64,000 nucleotides of DNA from Macrostomum hystrix. Lineage: Eukaryota > Animalia > Platyhelminthes. The position numbers and the translations under genes were made by a program. Under the pieces are notes generated by a model. It was not told the origin of the DNA. It saw nothing but the letters and a program-made list of their open reading frames with translations, and searched no databases. Location: the NCBI GenBank assembly GCA_950097015.1, contig CATNEN010000037.1, forward strand, positions 1,178,001-1,242,000, given 5' to 3'. Shown piece by piece: positions 1 through 11,586 of this stretch (the stretch's first letter is position 1; every line of letters starts with the position of its first letter).

Positions 1-843
1 GTCTCCAGGTTGATGCCAGCCACCTTCAGCGACTGTCCCTGAGCCTTGTTAATAGTCATCGCAAAGCACACTCTCACAGGGAACTGCAGTCGCTTGAACT
101 GAAATGGCAGGTCCGTGGGGATAATTGGAATCCGGGGAATGAACACAGACTCTCCTCTGCCAGATCCAGTCATTATCGTGGCCTCAATCACGTGTGGGAA
201 GAGCCGCCTGACTATCAGTCGGGTGCCGTTACACAGCCTTGGCGCATTCAGGTTGCGGAGGAGCATAATTGGTGCCCCAACTTTCAGCTGCAAGTTGTGC
301 GATGGAGTTGCAGGAGGATCTAGAGAGTTCAGAAACTCAACAGGATACTCCACAGCGGTGTCATCAGTCAACGTTGTATCAATTGACTTGTAGGTGAAAA
401 CTGCACCTGGCAACTCCTGAAGCAGTTGGTAGTTAATTTCGTTGGCGGCATCATTTCTAGGACACAGAATTGCCCTCTCTGACAGCCAGTCAACGTCAGC
501 ATATCGAACCATCAGGTTCGGGTAAACTTTTGCCTTGAGCTCCTGCACTGACTGCACAATGGTTCCGATTGTAGCGATCGATGACTGCCCATCCTCGGTG
601 CTAATCTCCAGCAGACCATTGCCGATTCGCAATAGATTGGCAGAGAACTCATGAGCTGTTTCGTCTCCTTGAATTGTAGCTCTCATGTTTGTTCGTAGGT
701 GCAACTTCACAACCGATGGCCACAGGTGAGATGATTTTAGGCAAGCATTAATCTCATCAGCAGGAGTGCCACGCGGAATCACAGGCAGCGTCTGTCTAAA
801 GTCTCCAGACAGCAGCAGAGTGACACCACCCATCAGTTGATCG
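1..843 (-). pseudogene. Helitron PIF1-like (SF1B) helicase, C-terminal fragment
   Basis: Manual translation (frame open from the ATG at 833 off the window edge, so absent from the ORF track): MGGVTLLLSGDFRQTLPVIPRG...LRTNMRA...RAILCPRND...LKVGAPIMLLRNLNAPRLCNGTRL...FKRLQFPVRVCFAMTINKAQGQSL. These are canonical Helitron helicase motifs. Confidence 0.93.
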
Positions 844-1473
844 CCAGCCTCTCTCTTTCTTCTATCCCAGGCTGGCTGGAGAGAAATATCGCCCTGCGCA
901 CTGGGACGCCACCGCACTCACCGCACTCAGTCTCAGTGCTGCTTGGGGGCCAGTAGACAGTCTAGGGGTTTGGGCTGTGTACATTCACGGCTTGAAATAC
1001 AATGTACAGTCTGGGGCTTCGGCGCCCGGGGAAGGGAGGGGGTGGCTGTAATAAAATTTGGCCCGCAGAGTGGCGGAGGGGAGTTGGGGTGGCTGTCCTC
1101 GGAAAACAAAAAGTGACTCACTTTGAGATGATGCAGCTTTGCTCTGGATTGAGTAGAGATGTTCAAAATTGACAGCATTGTTGGAAAACATGTAAAGTGT
1201 AAGTGGATCAAATTTGGAGAAAATCTGACAAAGTGGGGCGACGATATGTCGAATTGAGTGATTTTTTGACGATTTTTGAGCAGTTTTTTGCACTTTTGAG
1301 CAGGAAGGAAATGATTTTTCGGGAATTTGAGTAGCCTATTGCACTCAGCGTAGGTGGTTTTAGGTATGTGCAAAGTTTGGTGCGATTTGGTTGAGCGGTT
1401 TCGGCGTCTATAAAGACAAAAGGTTGCACACAGACAGACAGACAGACAGAGTTTTCACTTTTATATATATAGA
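1..1473 (-). mobile_element. Helitron, internally deleted (non-autonomous); 3' end lies beyond the window
   Basis: Minus strand reads A|TCTATATATATAAAAGTGAAAACTCTGTCTGTCTGTC from 1474/1473: a 5'-TC terminus after A, followed by a (TGTC)n tract. About 630 bp later it joins the C-terminal half of a PIF1-type helicase. No Rep domain lies in between. Confidence 0.8.
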
Positions 1474-2389
1474 TATACTCTAATTTTATAATATTTTTCT
1501 GTGTAACCATGCTTTTGTGTTTTAACCATGCTTTTGTGTTTAATATTTATTTTAATTTTGCTTTTCATCTATAGTTGTCTTAGTACTTGCTGTGCTTGTT
1601 TAAATATGACTAGTACACACCAATGTCAATTGAGATAGGGATCTTTTTTCTTTGAAATAATATTCTATAGGCCTAAATGAAAAAAATTGTTATGAATGAA
1701 CCATTTAAATGCACTCAATCCACCAAATTTATAAAAGTTTTAATGAAGTGGATAAAATTGAGGACGCAAAGAACATGTATAAGTAATCAGGTGAGAGGAA
1801 GTAAAGAAAACATTTTGTTGTGTGTGATAACAATGTACATAGTAAGAAAGTTGGAAATAGTGAAGTGTTTTTCTTAAAGTTATTTCAAGAGACATTGAGA
1901 AAGAGAAGTGAATAGGCCTAAAGTGAAAGAAGGAGAGCTGTAACCCAAAATCTACTGGTAGGGCCTAAGGCCAAGACAGATGGACAAATAACTGAAAAGT
2001 GATTGAAGAGTAGTGAAGAGTGATAAGAGTTGAAAGAGATTGATAAAGAGAAATAATGAAGGATAAGGATGGATAAATAGTGAAGAGACTGATAATTACA
2101 AATGGTAAACAGTAATTACAAAAATAATAGAGTAAATATATAAGTGCAAGTAAATAGAAAGCTAAATATTGGCCATATTGAACATAGGCCTAACACTAGT
2201 ATATTATATACATAACATAATGCTACCAATTTGAATTTTAAATAAGAAAGAACATAAGGTAAATGATTAAAGACACTCATAAGTTAGTCAGAAGACAACT
2301 CTGAAATGAAAGTCTCAAGAATCATATTTAATAGAACAACCCTAGAACACATGTAATTAGTAAATAGTTTATCAAAAGAAAATATAATA

Positions 2390-2930
2390 CTATGGTATCT
2401 AGTCGTTTCGCCCATAGGCGTTTCGGCCAAAAGCTGTTTTGTCCTCAATCCGTTTCGGTTTCGGCCACAAACCAGTTGGGCCCCATACTTATTTATCACA
2501 ACCTTTTTTTTGTTGTGAGTTGACAACAAATAAACAACGATGCTGTTCATTTTATTTGATAGCAACGATAGAAAGCACGAATTCCACTTTTATAATGACA
2601 AAAAATGTAAATACATGCTCGATGTATTTGCGCAGCAGTATAAAAGTAATAAAAGAAGACAACTTGGTACACAAAAAAAGGTAAAAACGTGAATATTCTG
2701 CACCAATGCGAATAGTTCAATACTGCCGATGAGCGCATTTCACTTGCCGTTACGAGTATTGCCAATGAGTTCGGCTGCAGAGTCCAAGAAAGCATTTACT
2801 GCTGTGGAATCAGCTGCCGATTCGGTAGCATATGTAGCATTTATGCTCATCGGCTTTTGGCCGAAATGGCTATGGCCGAAGCGGCTTTTGGCCGAAGCGG
2901 CTATGCCAGCCGAAACTGCGTATGGCCAGT
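2390..2930. mobile_element. MITE-like non-autonomous DNA transposon with imperfect terminal inverted repeats
   Basis: Left end GTCGTTTCGCCCATAGGCGTTTCGGCCAAAAGCTG mirrors right end CGGCTTTTGGCCGAAATGGCTATGGCCGAAGCGGCTTTTGGCCGAA...CCGAAACTGCG. The interior is AT-rich and non-coding. TSD not resolved. Confidence 0.5.
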
Positions 2931-2944
2931 AATTAATGTAAATT

Positions 2945-3815
2945 TAGGCTCAGAATTGATAGATATCTAGGCGCAGAACCGATAGATATCTAAGCTCAGA
3001 ATTGATATATATCTGGCTCATAATCAATACATATCTAGACTCACCATTTTAATAAATATCTAGGCTCAGAATCAATAAAAGTCTAGGCTCAACTTTTTTT
3101 AGATATCTCGGCTTAATATAGATAGATATCCTGGCTCAGAATCTTAAGATGTCTTGGTCAGAATCGATAGAGATCTAGGCTCGGAGAAGATAGATATGTA
3201 GGTTCAGCATTGATAGAAATCTAAGCTCAGAATTGATAGATATCTAGGCTCAGAATCTATAGAAATCTAGGCTAAGAATGGATAGATATCTAAGCTCAGA
3301 ACTGATACATACTAGGCTCAGAGTCGATAGAAATCTAGACTCGGAATGGATAGATATCTAAGCTCAGAATTGATAGATATCTAGGCTCAGCATTGATAGT
3401 TATCTAGGCTCAGCTTTGATAGATATCTAGGCTCAAAATCGATAGAAATTTAAGCTCAGAATCGATAGATATTTAAGCTTAGAATTGATAGAAATCTAGG
3501 CTCAGCACTGGTAGACTTCTTGGCTCAGCATTTATAGATATCTAGGCTCAGAATCGATAGATACCTAAGCTCAGAATAGATAGATAACGTAGTTTAGATT
3601 TGATAGATATCTAGGTTCAAAATCGATAGAAATTTAAGCTCAGAATCGATAGATATTTAAGCTCAGAATCGATAGATATTTAAGCTCAGAATTGATAGAA
3701 ATCTTAGCTCAGAATTGATAGAAACCTAAGCTCAGAATTGATAGATATCTAAGCTCAGAATCGATAAAAATCTTAGCTCTGAATCGATAGATATCTTATT
3801 TGAGAGTTGATATCT
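2945..3815. repeat. Degenerate ~20-21 bp minisatellite (CTCAGAATTGATAGATATCTAGG-like)
   Basis: About 40 diverged tandem units visible directly. Confidence 0.9.
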
Positions 3816-3988
3816 ATTGACTTACTAAATACGGTTTTATAATTGTAATGTTGCCTTCAAGGTCCCCAAAGGGGGGCCTAAATTGCTAGTTCAATACTAT
3901 ATGCAAAGGGACAACGCAAGTGAGCTTAGGGGATGATAATGATAAATTTTAGACTTCTTTAAATTAAATAGACTTTAAAACATACTAG

Positions 3989-4209
3989 TGTTGTGTATGC
4001 GGCTTGCATGCCGCCTTAGAGTGCGCGTGGCGCGTTTTGATTGGCTGGGGGGTCGGTCCGTCCGAACCGGTCTAGGCCGGTTGTTGTTTACTCTGACTGG
4101 CTAAAATATATATTTGTGCGCACAGGCCTTTGGAGGGCTCGCGTTTTTTTCCATCCTTCTAACCCCGTGCTTCGTTCTTCATTTGGCCACGCTGCCCCCA
4201 CACACAACA
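3989..4209 (+). repeat. 5' LTR (221 bp)
   Basis: TGTTGTGTATGCGG...CACACAACA, repeated at 8252-8449. Confidence 0.95.
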
Positions 4210-7200
4210 TGGCGACGAGCCTGAGCATTTCCGAGCCACGCATGTTTCTCGCCCACCCAGGACAGCCACACACGCCTTGGAATCGTTGGATCGAAGGGTT
4301 CAAGATCTACCTGGAGGCCTTGGACCTTAACGAAGCATCGGACGCACGCAAGAAGGCGATTCTCATCCATCTGCTTGGCGAGGAGGGCCAGCGAATCTAC
4401 ACGCTGAGGAATCTGCCAACGGCTAACGTCGACACCTTCGACAAGCTGGTGAAAGAGCTGAAGAGGATCTTCAGCCAGTCGCATAGCACCATCAGCAACC
4501 GCTACAGATTCAAGTCACGCGCCCAGATGCCTGGCGAGCCGATCAGCCGGTTCGTTGACGCCCTTCGCGAACTCGCAGCAGACTGCGAATACGGCGCTCT
4601 TCAAGACCAGATGATCAGGGACCAGATCATCGAGAAGACCCATTCGCCGCGCATCAGAGAGCGACTGCTCATGGAGAAGGTGCTCGAGCTGGAGACAGCC
4701 ACAGCCCTAGCGATTCAAGTTGAATCCGCCATCAACGACGCCAAGAACCTGCGCGACGGCAAGAGCGACAAGGAGTTGGAGTCCCGCATCCAGAAGATCA
4801 GCCAGCGTCCGCCACGCAAGGGACCCAAACATGCGATGCCGCAGAAATCTAGCTCGGACGCGCGATGCGGCAACTGCGGAATGGCTGGGCACGCCGCCCG
4901 CGCCCTTGAGTGTCCAGCGAAGGACAAGTCCTGCCTGCACTGCCACCGGGTCGGTCATTTTAAGTCATGTTGCCGACAGCGACGTAAGGTCCGCACCGTC
5001 AAGGATGACGACGATGACAATGAGCCATTTGAGGTGTCTGCAGTTCAGGGTGACGCATCTCTTTTAAGCTTTGTAAACTGCAGCATCGCAGAAATCGACG
5101 TCAAACTCTTGTTGGACACTGGCTCAAGGGTCAACATCATCAACGAGAAGACCGTAAAGCGACTTCCGAAGCAACTTGTCATCATGCCGACCCACAAGCA
5201 GCTGTTCTCCTACACCGGATCAGCAATCGAGGTTCTGGGGACGGCCGAGCTGCGCGTCGCGCACCATGGCAAGTCTGCAGTCTGCCGATTCTTCATCACT
5301 CGACGAAGTGCCAACATCCTTGGTATCGACGGCATGGAAAAGCTGGGTTTCTCGATCCGAGTCAACACGATCAGCAGCGTCGAGGACATCGCAGAGGAGT
5401 TCCCACGCATCTTCAACGGCATCGGCATGGCCAAGAAGTTCTGCCACAGGCCGCTGCTGCGCCAGGATGCGACGCCAACGGTCGAGCCGCTGCGCCGGGT
5501 GCCACTTGCGCTGCAGGACCGCGTGAAGGACGAACTGAACAAGATGGAGGCCGCAGGTATCATAGAGAAGATCGACGCGCCTCCTTGGGTGTCGAACTTG
5601 GTCGTCTCCAAGAAGAAGAACGGCGACCTGCGACTCTGCGTCGACCTGCGAAACTGCAACCAGGCCATCAACCCAGACAAGTTCCCCGTGCCAACGCAGG
5701 AGGAGCTGGCGCCGAGTTCGCGGGCGCCCAGGTGTTCACCAAGCTAGACCTGAAGCAGAGCTACCTTCAAATCCCGCTGCACCCAGGCAGCAGGCAGCTG
5801 ACTGCGTTCATCACTCACTGTGGTCTCTACCAGTTCACGAGAGTCCCATTCGGCATGTCCAGTTCCGGCGCCTGCTTCCAGAAAATCCTGTCAACGATCC
5901 TGGCCGACATCAAGGGTGTCCGACACTCGGTGGACGACATCGTCATTCACGGCTTCAACTCCGATGAGCACAACGAGCGACTCCTAGCGGTACTCCAACG
6001 ACTGAGCGACAACGGGTTGACGTTGAACAGGGAGAAGTGTCAGATCGGCGTCCCGGAGATCATCTTCCTGGGCTGCAGAATCTCTGCCAACGGAGTTCGA
6101 CCGTCCAAGTCCAATGTCGAGGACGTGCTCAGCATCCCGGCACCGACAACAGCACGAGCCGTTTCTTCGTTCCTGGCAACCGTCAACTACTTCGCTAAGT
6201 TCATCCCCGACTTCGCCAAGACTGCGAGGCCGCTGCGAGAGCTGCTCAAGAAAGACTCCGTTTTCCGCTGGACGAGCGAGTGCGACACAGCTTTTGTTGA
6301 GCTCAAGCGACAGGTGACGAGCCCGCCGGTGCTCAGCCACTTCGACTGCAACGCCGAGACCATCGTTAAGTGCGACGCCTCCGACTACGCGCTTGGTGCG
6401 GTGCTGCTCCAACGCGTCGGTGATTCGGAGAAGCCGGTCGCCTACGCATCGCGAGCACTGACACCGACGGAGTCCCGGTATTCGGCAAGCGAGAAGGAGG
6501 CTCTGGCGTGCATCTGGGCCCTCGAGCGGTGGTACATCTACACCTATGGCAGACGGCTGACTCTGCGCACCGACCATTCGGCGCTGAAGGCGCTGCTGTG
6601 CACCCAGGGCACTGGACTCAAGCCGCTACGCATCCACCGATGGAACGACCGGCTCCTGCAGTACAACTACATTGTCGAGTACAAGCCAGTAAAGGACAAT
6701 GTCGTCCCAGACTTTCTGTCGCGCCGCGAGAGGCCACCGGACTCATCCGACGGCGATGGCGACGACCTGCAGATGGCCGACATCCACCAGGTGCTTAACG
6801 GCGTCCTGTCAGCCGATCGCTACTGGACAAGCACTCCAAGGACGACCCGCTTATCACCAGCGTATCTGCGAAGCTGCGTTCCGGCTGGAAGGTGCCGCCA
6901 ACCGAAAAGGAGAAAATCTTCTTCAAGCTCAGCGACGAAATGTCAACAATCGGCAACTTCCTGGTTCGCGGTAATTGCGCAGTCGTGCCCGAGAGCTTGC
7001 GCGCTACGGCACTCGCACTGATCCACCAGGGGCACTGCGGCATCGTCAAGATGAAGCACCGAGCCCGCGACACCGTCTGGTGGCCAGGAATAGACGCTCA
7101 ACTGGAGACATTGGCCAAGTCCTGCATCAGCTGCTGCCTCGCCGAGAAGTGGAAGCGACCCGCCGCTCCAGCGCAGGTGACAGTGGCCGAAAGAGCCGTG

Positions 7201-8063
7201 GCACACGATTCAGCTGGATATTTTCGGCGAGATCCACGAGGCTCCGGGCAGCAGCCGGTTCGCGATCGTGGCCATCGACCTGCACTCTAAGTGGCCCGAG
7301 CTTCGAACTGCGACTTCGGTGACTACGGAAGTTATCGGCGACTTCCTCAATGACATGTTCGCTCGATGGGGGCTGCCATCCAAGATTGTGACCGACAACG
7401 GGCCCCAGTTCACCAGCCGCGCTCCTGGCCGGCCGAGTTCCTGGCCGGCCGTGGCGTGCAGCACATCAAGACTTCGCTGTACCATCCGCAGTCGAACTCA
7501 AATGTCGAGAGGCTCAACCGTACGCTGAATGAGTCGCTGAAGGCACATCTCAAGGACGGCATCAGATTCAAGGAGGCGGTCCGCGAGTTTCTGCAGTGCT
7601 ACCGGTCAACGGCGAATGCGACCACGGGCCTGACGCCTGCCGAGCTGATGATCAACCGGCCGCTCCGAGGGCCACTCAACCAGTGGAGCCAAGGCATCCG
7701 CCAGCCGACATCGAAAGCGACATCAGCGGAGGCCACGGAGCGGCGAGTCCAAGCCAAAAAGACAAGGAGAAGGCCAGGCTAGCCACCGATCGTCGTCGAG
7801 GCGCCCGACCTTCATGACTGCAGGCTGGCGACACCGTGCGCGTTTGCCGGCCACAGACTGCTCACAAGCTGGAGACACGGCTGGGCGACGTTCGGCAAAT
7901 CATTCGGCGGCTGGGCCCCGAGTCCTGGCTGCTCGACGACGGCTCGCCATGGCACTCCGATAACCTGGTCAGCGTCCCCAGTGCACCAGCGGCGGACAAT
8001 GGTGCGGCCGACGTTGGACTCGGCGCACTGATGGCGCCGACGCATGGCCAGAGCCACCGGTGA
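4209..8063 (+). pseudogene. gag-pol polyprotein, frameshifted (gag with 2 CCHC knuckles, aspartic protease, RT, RNase H, integrase)
   Basis: CGNCGMAGH and CLHCHRVGH knuckles; LLDTGS protease; DLRLCVDLR, FTKLDL, RVPFG and SVDD in RT; CDASDYALGAVL, EKEALA and TDH in RNase H; HQGH...WWPG...CISC and IDLHSKW...TDNGPQF...ERLNRTL in integrase. Frame changes near 5710, 6820, 7180, 7430 and 7770. Confidence 0.95.
4210..4219 (+). promoter_or_regulatory. Primer binding site TGGCGACGAG, probably for tRNA-Ser(GCT)
   Basis: Directly follows the 5' LTR. Complementary to ...CTCGTCG-CCA, the 3' end of eukaryotic tRNA-Ser(GCT) as recalled from vertebrate sequences. Confidence 0.8.
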
Positions 8064-8240
8064 GGCTGCCGGCGGGCAACGAGACGCCGCTGCCACAGCC
8101 TAGGCGGGGCAGCCGGATCCGGAGACCACCTAATCGGTTAAGCCCGAGTTCATATGCAGTTTGCTTGGAATGAACTGTTGAACTTTGCGCACCAATGGAC
8201 TGTTGTTTTCCCCCATGCGTTAATCCCCTTTTCCTTTTCG

Positions 8241-8251
8241 AAGGGGTGTGA
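8241..8251 (+). promoter_or_regulatory. Polypurine tract of the LTR element
   Basis: AAGGGGTGTGA immediately before the 3' LTR. Confidence 0.65.
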
Positions 8252-8449
8252 TGTTGTGTATGCGGCTTGCATACCACCTTAGAGTGCGTGTGGCGCGTTT
8301 TGATTGGCTGGGCGGCTCAGTCCGTCCGAACCGGTCTAGGCCGGGACGGGGGGTTGTTGTTTACTTTGACTGGATAAAATATATATTAGTGCGCACAGGC
8401 CTTTGGAGGGCTCGCGTTTTTTTCCAACCTTCTAGCCCCACACACAACA
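8252..8449 (+). repeat. 3' LTR (198 bp)
   Basis: Copy of 3989-4209 with about 10 substitutions, a 9-nt and a 1-nt insertion, and a ~33-nt deletion. Confidence 0.95.
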
Positions 8450-10404
8450 ACTAGGTAGCTGGTTTGCTGGTAAAAAAGTAAAGTCCAGTGACGTTCATCT
8501 GGACGTACTAATTGAGATCGGAGGACGACGGTCGACGAGCGCGAAAAGTTCTAAGAAAAAGTTATATAATAAAACAAAAATGAATAAAATTTAAAATATA
8601 AGTTTGTTAAATAGCTCAAATTTATACTACTTTTCTGATTTGCTTTTTATTTTTTCCTATTTTGAGGTAGGCCTAGGCGGTATATTACAAAAAGCTTCTT
8701 TTTCTTGTAAAACCCGTCGAATACGTAATGTCGTGACTGACGTATGTATCTGCCAATCAAAGTTTGCCAATGTGGCAGAAAGTTAGATGGAAGAAACTGT
8801 GGAGGAAAAGGTTAGGACCGAAGTGGCAGTTCGGCCAATAGCCTCAAGATCAGAGTAGCTCTTTCTTGACATAGGTAATAAGTAAATAAGTTAAGTAAAT
8901 ATCCACTCCTTACCTAGTAATAGTTGTAAGGGTGATTATAGATAGATTGTAAAAAAATATCCTAATTTCTTACTTCAGTGAAGGTGCCCTATCCATGTGG
9001 TAAGATTAAACTCCCACTTTTGGGTCAGTCTAGCTAGCTAAAGCTGAAACAATAGAAACATAGACTAATAAAGTCCCTAAGTTATGTTAGGTCTACCTAG
9101 TAAAATTTGGAATCTGCACAGCTACATAGAGATATTTGGACATGGCCGATGTAATGGTTTCCTATTATTAATATTTATTGCTGTTTTTAGCTTTAATGCC
9201 AATACTCAATACTTAATTGCTAGCAATGCTAGGTGCTATCTAGCCTATCTATAGCTGTATAGGCTATAGCTAGACTAGGCTTGTTTATTGTCTAATTAGG
9301 TTCTATAGCTAAGCTTGATATAACTAGGACTAGCTAAGTCTAAAACTAGCTGGCTATATTTAATTTAGTTGTATGCTGGTAGGCCTATGGCTAAACTATG
9401 GCTAGGCAAGCTAGACAGCTAAGCCTATGTATTTATTTATAGCTGTATTTATTGTTAGGGCCTAGCTATAAAAAGCTAGGTTAATTAGGTTATATTCTTA
9501 TGCTACACACTTAGGGCATGGGATTTATATGTTACAAAAAATATAGTTGTAAGGCCACAACTGAGTATCTATAATATTTGTAGCAATTATTGCTAAAGTA
9601 TCGTAAGGAAAGGAAATTATAGGCATACTAATTGAAATGACAGCAATCCTTTAGTTTGCATGATTAACTCAAATTAATTCTATACCAACTCTATAGTTAA
9701 AATTATAAACAGCACGACTTGCAACAACCAACAAGTCATTTATGTCATAGTTGTGTGTTTAGATAGTGTACTAGTGTGGCACCATGACAAGAATGTTGCC
9801 AATAGTAACAAGGCGAGAATAATATAATATTTCATTTTGTCTTTCCTATCACATCTTTTTCTCTCTCTTTGGTTTTGGCCATTGACATAGCCATACATTG
9901 TCCTATCATTCAAAAACTTGTGAGTATAAAATTGAATACAATACATTATGATTCAGCTTGTACTAATCTGTAGCACTGCAAATATAACATGTTATAGTCC
10001 TAGATCCAACAAATACATGTATCTCATATAATTGCCCCCAAGTGTCCCTACTGTTATCCCCCTAAGTTTCTGCATTATGCACATGGCTGGCTATCCGTCT
10101 AAGTTGGTCTTCTCATATTTATTAAGTGACTTTAAAAGTACTTAACATTTTCTAATTTTCTAATCCCTTTTTGGAAACAAAAATAATTTATTGACAATTT
10201 ATAATAGTTAATAGCATATAACTAGCTATAAGCATGCCTTCTGACACATCAAGACAGTGTACATAGTTGTTTCTTGTGGGATTTTTAAGCAGCTATAGCA
10301 AATTGCATGATTGCCACTGCTTCCACTTTCATTTTAACTTGCAGTTGGACAGTCTGGCTACGCCATTGCCACCTCCTGCAGCAGCAGCAGCAACCTCCAG
10401 ACCG

Positions 10405-11586
10405 ATGGAGACTGCAACTGAGGACTCACAACAGCAGCAGCAGCAGCAGCAGCTGGGCTCTGCTGAGCTGGACCAGGTGCAAGACTACCTGCGGCTGCAC
10501 CGAGCCGTCCTGCGCTTCGAGCCCGGTTTGGTTCAGGAGCCGGGCCAGCTGCTAGCCCTGCTGGACATCTCGCCGCCAGCTGTCCGCGGACTCCTGGTCA
10601 ACGCCCTGCGCTGCGCCGGCCTTTTAGACTTGGCCAATCGCTACGATGTCGAGCGCCGGATCGACGCCTCGCTATCGACATCGGCAGCGTCGGCTTCGGC
10701 TACCATAGCTTCGTCTGGCCGGCGACGCGGCCAATTCGGCTTGACAGTCGAGGTCAGCGCAATCCAGGTTTGCCCAGCAGATTTCGGACTGCTAACAGCG
10801 ACCTCGCCATTGTCGCCTTCGACTGCTCCGGCGTTGGCTTCTACACCAGCCGCCGGTGGCGACCGGCCAGCCTGCTGGATCAGCGTCGAAGCGTTGAATC
10901 GATCGGTTGATGATTTAGTCAGTTTGGCGGTCGGCGACGATAGCCGACTGTCAGTGTCGGCGATGACTGCAACTGCAATGGCCAATGCCGAACGAGATGA
11001 CGTCAGCGGCGGCTGCTTCGGCGGCTGCTGCGGTCGCTTATTTCGCTTCCCATTTAGCAGGCGCAAACGGCCGCCGCGCCAGCAGTCAGCTCTGCCGCAT
11101 CCGACCCCGCAATCTGTTGCCGCCTCCAAAAAATCCATGCTATCTAGCTCTCACAGGAAGTATCTGGCTGCAAATCAGCAGCAGTCGCTAGATGCCAACG
11201 AATCCTCCTTAATGCTCGAAAGCGCCGGTGGCGACGGTCTCCTTGTGCGCAAGGCTCGCCTGCTAGCTGAGAAATCGGCGGAGCTCTACCAGGCTGTTCT
11301 GGCCGATTCCGAGCAGCGGCTTCTGCGCTACCTGGAGCAGGACTGCGGCCTGCTATGCCTGGAGACTGGCTCGGATCCTTACTGCGGCTTGCAGCTGCAG
11401 TTGGCCTCCACCACAGCTGACTGCCTGCGCCGATTTCTAACCGGCCTCGCCAACGGCGGCGTTGCCCGCCGACTTGAGCAACTGCTGCTTACGGATCGCC
11501 TGCTGGCTGGCCTGCGACTGCGCCGCTGTCGACTGCGCTGCTGCGCTCCGCACGGCGAATTGGCGCTGGCCGAGCTGGGCGGCTGA
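10405..11586 (+). CDS. Putative death-fold + TRADD-N-like domain adaptor protein (true start may lie in an upstream exon)
   Basis: GC-rich ORF (10267-11586 in track; first internal ATG 10405; possible acceptor TTTTAACTTGCAG at ~10344). C-terminal segment YLEQDCGLLCLETGS...LQLQLASTTADCLRRFLTGLANGGVARRLEQLLLTDRLLAGLRLRRCRL matches my recalled pattern for metazoan TRADD-N-like domains. N-terminal LVNALRCAGLLDLANRY resembles the final helices of a death fold. Confidence 0.6.
   Translation: METATEDSQQQQQQQQLGSAELDQVQDYLRLHRAVLRFEPGLVQEPGQLLALLDISPPAVRGLLVNALRCAGLLDLANRYDVERRIDASLSTSAASASATIASSGRRRGQFGLTVEVSAIQVCPADFGLLTATSPLSPSTAPALASTPAAGGDRPACWISVEALNRSVDDLVSLAVGDDSRLSVSAMTATAMANAERDDVSGGCFGGCCGRLFRFPFSRRKRPPRQQSALPHPTPQSVAASKKSMLSSSHRKYLAANQQQSLDANESSLMLESAGGDGLLVRKARLLAEKSAELYQAVLADSEQRLLRYLEQDCGLLCLETGSDPYCGLQLQLASTTADCLRRFLTGLANGGVARRLEQLLLTDRLLAGLRLRRCRLRCCAPHGELALAELGG

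Larger units (their letters stand above)
3989..8449 (+). mobile_element. Ty3/Gypsy LTR retrotransposon (Mag-like), full-length
   Basis: Two TG...CA LTRs, 5-bp TSD ACTAG at 3984-3988 and 8450-8454, PBS, PPT, and domain order gag-PR-RT-RH-INT. Confidence 0.97.

Noticed and set aside
4088-8277. Numerous antisense and alternative-frame ORFs over the retrotransposon
   Set aside because: Shadow ORFs of GC-rich gag-pol; the frames carrying retroviral motifs are already accounted for.
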